Shown: piece after piece, positions 12,091 through 24,389 of the stretch
Layout: each line of letters opens with the position of its first letter
Numbering within the stretch: position 1 is the first letter of the stretch
Source: Rhina ancylostomus
Taxonomy: Eukaryota
Reading direction: 5' to 3'
Length of the DNA: 64,000 nucleotides
NCBI GenBank assembly: GCA_030265395.1
Contig: JARFYF010000029.1
Coordinates: 12,555,666-12,619,665, forward strand
Position numbers and translations under genes: made by a program
The notes under the pieces: generated by a model
Databases searched by the model: none
Told to the model about the DNA's origin: nothing
What the model saw: only the letters and a program-made list of their open reading frames with translations

Positions 12091-13771
12091 TCTCTGTAGT
12101 CAGTGAAGAATACTCCTGAAACTCAACCTTAGAAACTACAATCCTTTTATAAAGCCTGTTTTCAATGAATGCTTGTTCTTGTCATTGGAATTGAAAGTTG
12201 TGTGGTTAGAATGATGGATGAGAGGAATTAAACGCGATGGAAAGCAAAATGTGGGCCTATTGCGGCTGTAATCTAAAGACATGATAATGTAAATATAACA
12301 TCATACTTCTCAGTTAATTCCTTTATTCCTTTGATCCTTTCTCCCCCACTTTGTTAGTTAGATGGCTCTTAGTGCAATGTATTAATATGCACATTGAGTC
12401 TCAACAATCAAAGGTAGCTCAAGTATCATTTAAATATGCTAATCTGTTTGAGGAAATTAAACTCTTCTGATCTACAGAGGTTAGTTTTACTGCAGATACA
12501 CAACACATGGATTTAGTGAGACCTATTCATTATAGAGAAATGAATGTGGAAGGCAGTTTCATACATTGTGGACTATTACTTGAAATTGATATGACATATT
12601 CCATCATCTGAAGATTGTTGAGACCTTACAAGTACAAGAAAGTCTGCAGTGTGCTTTGTTTTAAACCTTGCCCCTCCTGAGTGTGTGTCAAAACAAATGT
12701 GAATTAATCAATAAAATTCTGTGACTGAGTTTTACCTGAAATTATAAAAATATCATTCTGACAATACAGCCATCACTGGCCCGGTCTAGCTGATTCATTT
12801 ACCAGGCCACTTTAGAGTGGAGATAAGGGTTATCTACATAGTGATCCCTCCACAAGGGATGTCTTTGACTGCTACCAGTCATGAAAGAGGGGAATTAAAT
12901 CCTGTCAGTTCATGATTTAATAAGTCACGGCTTTTTGGTTAATAGAGAAGAAACAGATTTTATACCCAAACCAGTATTATGCTGAGTGGGATCAGCAAAG
13001 GGCTTGGGTATCCTTGCACAGCAGCAGAGCGTGCCATTCAAATGCAGACCTTAAAAATCCACAGCCCACCATTGCAGGAAGATCTAACGTCTGCTGTCGC
13101 TGGCCTGAGATTGCAGGGTGTGAGATGATAGGGAACTGCCCTGATAATGATCTCTTCCCACACCATTTCCCCCATCCTGCATAGTCCCCTCTATAATGGG
13201 CTGGTCATGAAATTCCAAATTAAATGAAAGCTTCTGTTCTTCAAAGACAGCTTGTATCACTGTCCTTCCCAGTGGAGCCCACTTGTATTCATTTGGATGT
13301 ACCAGGTTTCAGCAGTTCTCTGAATGAACCTGGAAGGGACCAACTGTTACAAGTGCTTCTCGGCTCTTGATTTCGGCAAAAATCAGGACGAGGATGCGTG
13401 GTCTCCCTGTCCATAAAGGTTAGTCTGGGTCCCAGACCATTTTCTCACCTTTGCCCTCATTTGAATGAATTTATAAAGCTGCCATTGGGAATACTACTCC
13501 ATACAGCAGCTTGGAGCTTTGGGGTGACCGTTTTGAAAGGCCTGCAGCTGTGCTTGAAAGGGGACAAAAGGGCAGTGTCAAGGGCGAAAGCAAGCACCAG
13601 TCTCAATCGGTGGGTGTAAACTTCAGCAGCACCACATTAATGTCCTTGTTAATGGTTCAGCAAGGACATCAATCCTTTAAATCTCAAGGCACACAAGCCC
13701 AGTCAGTATGGCATTTTGTTTTTACTAAAACTGAGGAGAATTAGCCTGTTTGATTCGTGCTCAATTTGATG

Positions 13772-13845
13772 TTGGTTTATTATTGTCACTTGTACTGAGG
13801 TGCAGTGTAAAACTTGTCCTGCATGCTGTTTGTACAAATCAATTT
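13772..13845 (-). mobile_element. Rex1-type LINE 3' tail only
   Basis: ttggtttattattgtcacttgtactgaggtgcagtg matches the reverse complement of 4800-4860. Confidence 0.75.
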
Positions 13846-13984
13846 AACAATTTTCTGACTGCTTTTACATGTATTTGATAGGCAGGAGCAGGAAACCAGT
13901 TGTAACCAGGTGAGTAGAAATGAAAACTGCAAGATGATGCAGGGCTTGGAAGCAAGTCATCTGACCCCAACCACCCCACCCACC

Positions 13985-14215
13985 CTCTGATGCTTTCCAC
14001 AGAGGCTGGTAGATCTCTGGAATTCTGATTCTAGAGGGTTGTTGAGATCACTTGAAGCATTTAAATTGGAGGTCAATAAATTATGGAAAGATCAGGGAAT
14101 TGAGGGCTTGGAAGAACTGGCATAGTTGAAGCCAGCATAGATCAGCCATGATCATATGAAATGGTGGGTCAGGCTTGAGGGGCTGAGTGGCCTACTCCTG
14201 CTCCTATTGTGTTCT
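13985..14215 (+). mobile_element. CR1 LINE 3' end
   Basis: cacagagg..ctctggaattct..gatcagccatgatc..aatggtgg..ggcttgaggggctgagtggcctactcctgctcctatt. Confidence 0.75.
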
Positions 14216-16029
14216 TGTGATGCTTTCGGCTTTATCCAGCAGGAACTCAAGTGCCCAGGTTGAGGTCAGCCTTAAAGCTAAAATTGGTGGGACCCCACTA
14301 GCTTGTTGCTCTTCGCTGTGTTGGTCATGGGTCCCGCTAATATTTTCAGGAGTGCGATTTTATGGTACATAAATTTTTCCGTGTCTTACAAAGCTGATAA
14401 CAAACTCTCAGAATCATTGAGCATCAATATATTTGTACCATGCAGTCCTCCACAAAGTCGCTCCCATTTCTGGCTGGTGGCTTGCAAAGGCCTCGAGCTA
14501 ATACAAAGCCAACATCTTTACCCTTGCCTTTGAAACCATCAGCCCAGGAAGCTGGTTGTTCTGAGGCAGACAAAGCCAGCAGAGTTTACATCATTACTTT
14601 TCAGTAATGTTGAAGGACATCCTTCAAGGACAATTGTAGGAGATAATTATTATAGTACCATAAAACATTCAACTTGTGCTGGCTCCTAATGTTTCACAAA
14701 AAGACTTGCTTGTACCTTCTCTCAAAAGATTATTTTGACTTTGCAACTTAAATCTGTCAATGTGACATGGATTAACTCAAACCTTAGCTATAAAACTATA
14801 CCTGGTATAAAGTAAGCTGAATATTGAGACGGCTGGCAGTGGAGGCAAGAGTTGCTGTGGAAACAAAGAAAGGTACCAGAAGTAAAAACGCCTAGCTAAA
14901 AAAATTAAAGCAGATCCTTTTAGATTAATCGAATAATGGCTCAAAATAGCTCACTGATTTCTGAAAGGACAACATGACAGAAACAAATGAAATGAAGTGT
15001 CATTCATTGCAGCCACTGGTACTGGAAACTAAAAAGCAATTCAGGACTGCAGCATCAATCTGCCCCAACCTTAATAAACTATAATTTCACAACAAATCAG
15101 GCACTGTACCAATAATTTTTCTGTTACAGTTCCATGAGCACAGAGTCCATTAGGTAGTGCCACTGAAGTCGGCTTTTATTCTAAAGGTTGCTTCCCAGTA
15201 AGAGGTGCATAATAACCTGCACTCTTCAGGAGGCATTCAAGGCTGGCTGTGCAAGCTGCAGGTTTCAGAGATGCAAGAGCTCAAAGGAGTAATTTTTGTC
15301 TCCTCGCGGCACAATAGCAGGCTATGAAATATGTAGTGCTTTCCTCCCCTTACTTTAAAAGTCTACAAAGGCAAAAAGTCTACAAGGAGAAAAATAAGTG
15401 AGGAAAAATAAATACACTGAACAAAAAATAAATTAAACTTTTGAGGGCCAACTTATTTTGACAATATAGCGCTTCAGTGTCAGTGAAATTTCGAAATGCT
15501 GAATTTAACCCCTTGCTGCATTGAAAAATATCTTAAGTTAACACATTTTTCCTTGTCTTGTTTCAGATCTTTCATTATTAAAATGTTAATGGGGCCTGAA
15601 TCCTCTGATATGCATCTAGATGTGCCACAGAGTTATTAGTAACTCAAAATTGACACACCTAATTGTGGCAAAAAGCCTTTCAGCGCACCATGTCACTAAA
15701 CAAAGCTCATTTATGGACTGTACCCAATCGACAATGGCTCCTGAGTAAATGCACCTTAATTGGTCAGAACTCCACAATATTTCCCCGTCCTGACATAGCT
15801 ACCACTCAGTTTCCCCTCGTCTCCTTGTGGAGAACCTTCCCTAGCAATATTAAGCCAGTATTTTGATTTGCGCGAGAGTCTTGCAGCTACTTTCTAAACT
15901 CTTCTTGCTCTGAGGAATTGTTCTATTTCTTTTCAAGGCTGCAGCAACCTTTGACTGAAGAAAATAATAAATGACTTTTGCCAGACAAGTCAGAATAGTT
16001 TTCCCTTGCACACTTTTTGTTTGTTTATC

Positions 16030-16305
16030 AAGGCCTTCTTGAAGAAATGTGACATTGTCACTGACTCTGGGGTAGCTCTAGACCGTGACCACTCAAATCA
16101 AGGAGGAGCAGTCAGTGTGGTGTTGAGTCCGTGCATTGGGAACACACAGACGCCCTGCATAAGGGGCAGGAGTGCACCACCTTACAGGCAAGCCTCACCC
16201 ACCAAACCCATCAGTCACCACCTGTCAGGGGTTCCCACATTGTCCTCATCAGTCACCTCAGAACCAGAAAGGCGGTAAATCATCCTCAATCCAGAGGGAC
16301 TTCCA
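16030..16305 (+). mobile_element. RTE-clade LINE 3' fragment
   Basis: KAFLKKCDI..DRDHSN and 3' end ctcatcagtcacctcagaacc..atcctcaatccagagggac; homologous to 43680-43880 and 51680-52250. Confidence 0.7.
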
Positions 16306-17127
16306 GAGAAAAAGAACTTTGTTAACACTTGAGAAAGTAACAGGTTAATGTAGAGGACAAGTCACTGTGATAAAGCAAAAAGGCATGGCTTAATTGTACA
16401 AGCTAAATATAGAATACAACCTTAATTTGCAGTTCAATTGTAAATAAACGTGTTTGGTATTTTTTTGAGCAAATTAACTTTTGGTATCTTGCTTCACTGC
16501 AGAATCCAAATTAATAATATGTGGGTTTCTGCAAAATATAAGGGAGAAGGATTTTGTATTTATAACACTTGATTGTGCTAATTTTAAATTCATTAAGGAA
16601 TTGGTCATCAAAATAAGGAAATGCAGTTGCAGTGGAAGCCGAAAGAAATTAGCTGCTGACAGTTATTTTCAGCACATTAAATATAAATTTGCTCATCAAG
16701 ATGATGGATAGCAGTGCTCTCAATGCTACACTTCTGTGCTTGAGGCACCCAGAAGTAAATTATTCATTTTTTGATGGTTGNNNNNNNNNNNNNNNNNNNN
16801 NNNNNNNNNNNNNNNNNNNNNNNNNNNNNNNNNNNNNNNNNNNNNNNNNNNNNNNNNNNNNNNNNNNNNNNNNNNNNNNNNNNNNNNNNNNNNNNNNNNN
16901 NNNNNNNNNNNNNNNNNNNNNNNNNNNNNNNNNNNNNNNNNNNNNNNNNNNNNNNNNNNNNNNNNNNNNNNNNNNNNNNNNNNNNNNNNNNNNNNNNNNN
17001 NNNNNNNNNNNNNNNNNNNNNNNNNNNNNNNNNNNNNNNNNNNNNNNNNNNNNNNNNNNNNNNNNNNNNNNNNNNNNNNNNNNNNNNNNNNNNNNNNNNN
17101 NNNNNNNNNNNNNNNNNNNNNNNNNNN

Positions 17128-17250
17128 CACCCGGAGGAAACCCACGCAGACACGGGGAGAACGTACAAACTCCTTACAGACAGTGGCCAGAATTGAACCC
17201 AGGTTGCTGGCGCTGTAATAGCGTTACGCTAACCGCCACACCACCGTGCA
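17128..17250 (-). mobile_element. V-SINE (HE1-like) 5' part; the rest lies in an N gap
   Basis: cacccggaggaaacccacgcagacacggggagaacgtacaaactcc..gaacccagg..gccacaccaccgtgc. Confidence 0.85.
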
Positions 17251-17304
17251 GACCAGGAATCTTTCTCCTGGCTGGCGATTACAAACCTCTCTGAGAAACC
17301 TTTG

Positions 17305-17655
17305 GAATGGTAGTGTACTGGTTAACAATGAACTTACAACCAAAGTTCTGGACTGTTGATCCATCGATGTGAGTTAAAGTCCCACCCTGGCGGGTGTGTG
17401 ATTTAAGTTCAAGAAATTAAATCAATCTGCACTATTTTAAAATAAAGCTATTAACTATAAACCATAAACCTATTGGATTATTGTAAAGCCCTTTCTGGCT
17501 CACTGATGTTCTTCAGGACTGGGAATCTGCCATGCTTACAGGTCTGACCTATATATGACGCCAGGCCCACCAATGTGGTTCATTCTTATTGGCCTCCTCA
17601 ATTCAGTGGCAATTAGGGAAAGACCATAAATGCTGGCATTATCAGCAATGTATTT
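17305..17655 (+). mobile_element. tRNA-derived SINE of a second family
   Basis: A/B-box-like head (gagttaaagtcccacc) and tail caattaggga..ataaatgctggc shared with the LINE 3' end at 46760-47400. Confidence 0.6.
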
Positions 17656-17699
17656 TGAAGCAGTCATGCCTTGGGCTTTCTGAATGTCAAGACCATAAA

Positions 17700-17870
17700 T
17701 TGAAACAGAAAACACTGGAGATACTCTGCAGGTCAGACAGCAACACTGGGGAGAGGGACAGAGCAGGTATTTCATGTTGATAACCTTTCATCAGAACTGG
17801 CTAAGTATTTGCAACATGTTTTGTTTTTTACTTCAGATTTCCAGCATCTGCAGTTTTCTTGTTTTCTGAT
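17700..17870. mobile_element. Fold-back Penelope-derived terminus with decayed minus-strand hammerhead
   Basis: Reverse complement of 17761-17800 reads gttCTGATGAaaggttatcaacatGAAAtacc; the flanks are inverted copies of the terminal unit. Confidence 0.6.
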
Positions 17871-18044
17871 TAAAAGACTTCCAATGTCCTTATCAGTTGT
17901 AAATATCAAAACACATTCAAGAGCTTTTAAAAAATAATCCCATATTTTTATCCCAATAATCATTAACAACACTTAGAAAGAGTTAAAATTAATTAAAGCT
18001 AGGACTGTCAATTAATTTGTATTGCTGTGGATGACTAACACAAT

Positions 18045-18302
18045 AGATTTAAGGTGAAATATTTAAGGGGAATCTGAGGAGGAACTATTTCACTCAGAGG
18101 GTGGTGCGAGTGTGGAATGACCTGCTAGTGGATGTGGGATCAATTGTCACATTTAAGAGAAGTTTGGATAGGTGCATGGATGAGAGAAGTACAGGGCTAT
18201 GGTCTGGGTGCAGGTAGATAGGACTAGGCAGAAAACCAGGCTGCCATAGACTAGATGGGCTGAAGGGCCTGTTTCTGTGCTGCAGTGCTCTATGACTCTA
18301 TG
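18045..18302 (+). mobile_element. CR1 LINE 3' end
   Basis: tagatttaaggtg..ttcactcagagggtggtg..gggctgaagggcctgtttctgtgctgcagtgctctatgactctat. Confidence 0.88.
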
Positions 18303-19464
18303 GAGAGTTGAATGCACACACTGATGGGAAAAATCATTGCACTTGAATTTCTAGAAAATAGGCAATCTATCACATAATGGCCTCGCATATTGCACCTGAC
18401 ATTTTTCCTCATCCCGACTCCATCAATCCCTCCAATGCCCACAACTGGACCCCTGACTCCTGCTACTGGACTCCCACTGCCAAAACCCTCTGCCCCGACT
18501 CCAGTGATTCAACTGCCCAGGTTGGTCTCAGGAAACAGGAGTGGGGTCAAAACCTGGCTGAGCAGGAAGCAAGCCTTGGCTCTGACCCCTGTTGCCAGGC
18601 AATAAGAGAGAAGGTGGTGGGAGAGATAGAGAAAGATGGGGTGGGGGGTGAAGAGAGAATATAAAGGAAAGAGCTGGGAAGGAAAGAGAAGGGAGGGAGG
18701 AAGCAAGTGTGAATGTGATAGACAGGGATGTGAGGGAATTGCACTACAGATCAGGGAGAATATCACAGCTGCACTTAGAGGGCTCATCCAGTGAAGTAAT
18801 TTGGGTAGAGCTCAGAAATAAGAACGAGGCAATCACAATGATAGGGCTATACTCTTGGCCTCATGGTAGTCAGTGAGAGATAGAAGAACAGATATGTAGG
18901 CAAATTATGGAAAGATGTGAAAACAAGGTTGTTAAGGAGACAACTTTAATTTCCCCAATACAAACTGGGACTTCCTCAGTGCCAGAGGATTAGATGGGGC
19001 AGAATTTGTTCAGTGCATTCAGGACGGTTTCTTGAAGCAGCATGTAGATAGTCCAACCAGGGAAGGGGCCATACTGGACCTTGTATTGGGAAGTGAGCCT
19101 GCCCAGTGATCGGAGTCTCAGTGGAAGAGCATTTTGGGAACAATGATCATAATTCCATAAGTTTTAAATCTGGACCTCGGGGAGAGTGCCAAATTGAGGG
19201 AAGGCTGATTACAACAGTGAGGTATGAACTGGGACGAGTGGATTGGGAGTGGCTGTTATTGGTTAAATCCACATCTGATATGTGGGAGTCATTTAAAGAC
19301 CAGCTGATCAGAATTCAGGACCAACATGTTCCTGTGAGGAATACAAGGATTGGGAACCTAGGACAAGGAGCAATGTTGCAAATATAGTTAAAAAGGAAAA
19401 AGCAGCATAGGTAAGGTTTGGGAAGCTGAAATCAGACAGGGCCCTTGAGGAATATAAAAGAAGC

Positions 19465-19811
19465 TGTCACAACATTGAGCAAACTCACAGAGAACCCAAA
19501 TGTGGCACACCAATACAAGACTGGAGTCAGGATATTTCCTCAGGACAAACACCGGCAGCAACTGGAAGGAATCTTGCCTCAGAGATCAGAAGATGAAGCC
19601 CAACACAAACTGGATCTTCACAAAGGAATAGAGAACACAGGACTACTCTAGAGTAAGCAACTAGGAGNNNNNNNNNNNNNNNNNNNNNNNNNNNNNNNNN
19701 NNNNNNNNNNNNNNNTGTATTGTTATGTAATCAGTCCAGCATGGAATCCATGTGCTGGATAACAAGGCATTAACGGAGCCAAACTGAGGGCCAGAACTCA
19801 GAACCATGACA
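19465..19811 (-). mobile_element. Solo LTR, family A (Gypsy-like), with 5-bp TSD
   Basis: Termini TGTCA...TGACA; GAAGC duplicated at 19460-19464 and 19812-19816; homologous copies at 51450 and 60151. Confidence 0.85.
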
Positions 19812-20020
19812 GAAGCAGGAACTAACAGACAAGGAATCAAGAGAGCTAAAAGGGCCATGAAATCTCCTTGGCAAGCAGGATTCAGGAAAATTGCAGGGCA
19901 TTTTAGACATACATTAAAAACTGGCGTGCTTGCCTTCATCAGTCAGGGCGTTGAGTATAAAAGCATGGAAGATATGTTGCAGTTGTATAAAATTTTGGTT
20001 AGGCCACATTTGGAGTATTG

Positions 20021-20228
20021 CACAACAAACAATCTGCTGAAGGAACTTAGTGGGTCGAGTAGCATTTGTAGGAGGAAAGGAATTGTCAACTTTTCAGGTC
20101 AAAACCATGCATCAGTCCTGACGTTGACAATTCCTTTCCCCTCCACAGATGCTGCTCAACCCGCTGAGTTCCTCCAGCAGGATTGTTTGTTGCTCCAGAT
20201 TCTACCATCTGCAGTCTCTTGTGTCCCC
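20021..20228. mobile_element. Fold-back Penelope-derived non-autonomous element
   Basis: Inverted arms 20023-20090 and 20123-20192; flanking duplication tttggagtatt (20009-20019) / tttggaatatt (20229-20239). Confidence 0.8.
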
Positions 20229-20436
20229 TTTGGAATATTATGAGCAGTTCTGGTTGCCACATTACTGGAAGGATGTGAAGGCTTTAGAGAGGGTTCTGAA
20301 AAGGTTAAACAGGATGCTGCCTGGATAATAGAGTATTAACCATAAGGAGAGGTTGGACAAACTTGGATTTGTTTTCTCTGGAGCATTGGAGGCTGAGGGG
20401 CAACCTGACAGGTATATAAAATTATGAGAGGGGTAG

Positions 20437-21039
20437 TGTTGTACGTGAGAAAACAAATTTGGCGGGTCTCAAAAGCAAGGACTCTGAACACAGTCTGGCA
20501 GTAAAGGGTTTTATTTACAAAAGACAAGCATGGGAAAATGGTAACGGGAATAACACGCAGTCAGTTTATAGCAAGCATGGGAAAAATCGCACTGGGGGTA
20601 AAATACATACACACACACACACACACACAAAACAAACTAGGTACATACAATCAAGGTAAAACAATACAATACCCACCACCCCTTGACTCAAAGCAGGCAC
20701 AGCTCTATGCTTCTAGGGACACTAACTAAAACGCTCCCTACCCTTAAACAGTGCACACCTCACCAATGATTTCTCCAGCACTGTTCCACAGTACTCAGCC
20801 TTGAGTGAAGCAGGGTGATCCCTCGAAGATGGCAAAGAGAAAGAGCTGAGAACATATATTTCCTTTGTAGTGCTGGAGGGTTGGGGAGGGGGCTGTCCAG
20901 CTCAGCTAATTTACAAAGGCCAATGGTCAGGTGTGTGCTGATCGGTGGGGTGGAGCCAAACCTTGATTGGCAGTAGTGTGTCTTCCGACCAAGTAGTGGG
21001 CAGTGCTGTCACGTGGCAGCCACGACCCTCCACAATACA
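20437..21039 (-). mobile_element. Solo LTR, family B, 603 bp, with 5-bp TSD
   Basis: Termini TGT...ACA; GGTAG duplicated at 20432-20436 and 21040-21044; minus-strand AATAAA about 75 nt from the end; CR1 sequence resumes on both sides. Confidence 0.8.
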
Positions 21040-22084
21040 GGTAGATAGTCCGAGTCTTTTTTCTAGAATGGAAAAGTCAAATACTAGTGGGCATAGATTT
21101 AAGGTGAGGGGGGAAAGGTTTAAAGGAAATTCATGAGGCAAGTTTTTTCCACACAGACCGAGGTAGATGCCTGGAATGGTGCCAGGGAGGTGGTGGAAGA
21201 AGACATAATAGTGAGGTTTAAGAGGCTCTCAGACAGGCACATCAACAGGCAGGCAATGGAGGGATATTGATCATGTGCAGGCAGATGGGATTAGTTTAAT
21301 TTGGCATCATTGTCGGCACACACATGGTGGGCCGTCGGGCCTGTTCCTCGATTGTTCTACGTACAGAGGGAAAGGGGAGAACAGTNNNNNNNNNNNNNNN
21401 NNNNNNNNNNNNNNNNNNNNNNNNNNNNNNNNNNNNNNNNNNNNNNNNNNNNNNNNNNNNNNNNNNNNNNNNNNNNNNNNNNNNNNNNNNTTTCCGTCTT
21501 CCACCTCTCTCTGTCTCCCCTTGTCTCTATGCCCCTCTCTACTTTCCCTCCCCCTCCTCACTGTCACCCTTCTCTCTCAACTGCTCTTCATAATCTTTCC
21601 CTCCCTCTCTTCTTTCTCTGTCTAACCCCCACCCCAATCCTCTCTCTCCCATTTTCTCAAAAGCTCAGCTTTCTGCTTTGGACCATTCAAAAATATTATA
21701 ATTGGAACCAGTGATGACTAATTTCTTTAATCACACAACAAATTTGATTAAAATACTTAAGAACATTTAAAATCACAAGTGAGCCCTTGAAACCATTTAC
21801 ACAGGTGTAATTAGCAATTAAATAAATAAATATAAATTAATTAATTTAGCAAAAATAAATTGCCTGTAACTTACCTGAACTGGAGCTGTCCTTGTCTGGT
21901 GAACCTGTTTGGTATTGTTGAAGCTCTGTAAGTCAAATGCAGAATTCCCAGAGTAACTGCTGGGAAACTTAAGGAAGTTAGAACTTTGGTGCTGTCTCCT
22001 GTGCAATGCTAGATGCAGTCAGAATGGCAACTATAAGCACCTCTCAAAGGTCTGGCACTACAGCAGTTATGTTGTGTATTCAGA

Positions 22085-22345
22085 CAGTGCAGAAACAGGC
22101 TCGTCAGCCCATTGACACTGCGCTGACCCATTAACACTCATCCCATTTTATTCTCCTCACATCCCCATCAATAGATTCTGCACTGGGGACAATTTACAGT
22201 GGCTAGTTAACCTATCAACCTGCATGTCTTTGGGATGTGGGTGGAAACCCATGTGGTCACAGGAATATGTGCAGACTCCAGATAGATTGTACCTGAGGTC
22301 AGAATTGAACACAGGTCACTGGAGCTGTGAGACAGCAGTTCTAAT
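22085..22345 (-). mobile_element. V-SINE (HE1-like)
   Basis: caatttacagtggc..catgtctttgggatgtggg..aaacccatgtggtcacagg..gaggtcagaattgaac..ggagctgtgagacagcag. Confidence 0.82.
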
Positions 22346-23329
22346 TACTTATCTAACTGATCTATCGCAACTGTGCACCTTTAAATACAGTGCTTGTGAG
22401 TGTGGGTAAGTTGTCAGAGCACCTCAGTTCAAAGTTTCATTTGCATTTATAGTGTATCATAGTCACACAGTAATGAGTGTGTGGTTTCCCATAGTCTTTT
22501 CGGGGGACCCACTGAGTATTGTTTTCCCCTGCAAGTTGGGATCTGAGCTGACAACATTTAAAGGGAAACCTGTTTATTTTTAATTGCTGGTCATAGAAAC
22601 GATAGTCTAAGCTAATATGTAGATCATCTACCAAGTGGTTCTAACATTGGCATTCCAGCGAGAAGCTGATTGTTTCCTTTCTGAAGAAGGAAAGGAAGTA
22701 TGTTAGTCGATGTTACTTTGGCAGAGACTGTTACCCTCCTTGGCATGTGGGGCAAACATACCTTCATAGCCTTTGCAATGTTTAAAAGGCAGGAATAAGA
22801 ACCTGGCCTTCCACTGGTAATTAATTTCTAGCCAAGCTCTGCCATTTGATGGGAGTCATGATCCACCATGACTTTCCTCCCTCAACTCATTCCAAACCAC
22901 TGCAGAGAGCATCAGCCAGATCAAGTGTGCTGCAGTGCACCAGGAACAACAGACAATGCCTGAACACGGTGCAGTGATTCAGGGCCATCGTCAAACAAAA
23001 CTGAACACCAAGCTCCATAACTAGGTGTCATTACAGGTGACAAAAATTTGATCAGAAAAGAGAGTTATGCATGTCTTCAAAGGGGTGTGAGTGCTGGGAG
23101 ATTTGGAGAGGGAAATCCAGGGCCTGGAGCCAGTCAGGAATGGAAAAGAGACGAGAGTCAAAGCAGAGAACAAATTGCCGACTGGAGGATCAGAAGAGGC
23201 TATTGGAATCGGAATGGATGAGGCTGCAGAGAAATTGGCAACAAGAAATCAAAGAGCAAAGCCCTGTGGTGGCTACAAAACAAAAACAAGAAATGATTTT
23301 CTGTCTCTTATCAGTATTTAAAGAAATTG

Positions 23330-24030
23330 TCTTGACCATTTTGGCCTGTGCCCTATCACAGACATTTCCTCTGCTCTCTCCAACATCCTCTGCAACTTAA
23401 AACATGCTTGTTTTCTCAACTTTTCCACTCTGATGAAGGGAACCAGACCAGAAAAATTGATTCTGTCTCCCTACAAAAAGATGCTGCTTGACCCATTCAG
23501 TGCTTCTAGCATCGATGTCCCCCTCAACTCTTCCCTGTTAAATGGATGATTGCATTGATTGTTCTTCCCACTCTTGTACAGACACAAAAGTGTCGTTATC
23601 TTTGCAGGCAACTTCCACCCTGCCCTCACTTTTACATGGTCCATCCCGACCCTTGCCTTGCCTTTCTTGATATCTCCGTCTCCATCCTAGGGGATCAGTT
23701 GGCAACCAACATCCATTATGATATCTACCGTTATCTCGACCACACCTTCTCCCGCCCTATTTACCGTAAGGACTCTATTCCATTCTCCAAGTTTCTCCAT
23801 GTCTGTCATATGTGCTCTGATAAAAAGACTTTCTATACCCAATGCCCTTAGCATGTCTTCTTTAGCTATAGCTCCCTCTACTGTAGTTGACAGGGTTCTC
23901 AGCCGTATCGCCTCAATCGTACTTCTGCTGTCATCTCCCTTCCTCCCAGCCAGAATAAGGATAGAGTTCCTCTTTTGCTTACTTTCCATCCTGTCAGCCT
24001 CCAGATTCAACAGATCATCCTCCATAAATG
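23330..24030 (+). mobile_element. Penelope-like element: hammerhead-bearing terminus followed by decayed RT
   Basis: CTGATGAagggaaccagaccaGAAA at 23430-23454; frameshifted FTW..FLDISVSI.GDQLATNIHY..YLD..KDSIPFSKFL..CSD and NKDRVPLLLTFHP, typical of the Penelope RT and linker. Confidence 0.82.
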
Positions 24031-24044
24031 TTGCTACTTTTAAC

Positions 24045-24385
24045 AGTGCAGCACAGTGGCACAGTTACTAGGACTGCTGCCTCATGGCTCCAGCGACCCA
24101 GGTTCACTCCTGACCTCCGGTGCTGTCCGCGTGGTTTGCACATTCTCCCTATGATCACATGGGTTTCCTCTGGGTGCTCCAGTTCCCACCCACATCCCAA
24201 AGATGAGCAGCTTGATTGGTTAATTGGCCGCTGTAAATTACCCCTCGTGTGTCGGTGAGTGATAGAATCTGGGAGAAGTTGATGGGAATGTGGTGACAAT
24301 TAAATGGTATTGGTGTAAATGGGTACTTGATGGTCAGTGTGAATTTGGTGGAATTTGTGGGCATGAGGCATTGTTACTGTGCTGC
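24045..24385 (+). mobile_element. V-SINE (HE1-like), near full length, interrupting Penelope remnants
   Basis: gcacagtggcacag..gctgcctcatggctccagcgacccaggttcact..tttgcacattctccct..gggtgctccagttcccacccacatcccaaaga. Confidence 0.88.
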
Positions 24386-24389
24386 ATAA

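Larger units (their letters stand above)
18690..21360 (+). mobile_element. CR1 LINE with internal deletion, host to three nested insertions
   Basis: Endonuclease motifs (PTREGAILDLV, HFGNNDHNSI), a jump near 19920 to post-RT LAFISQGVEYKS..LVRPHLEYC, and 3' tail gggcctgttcc..ttgttcta. Confidence 0.88.
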
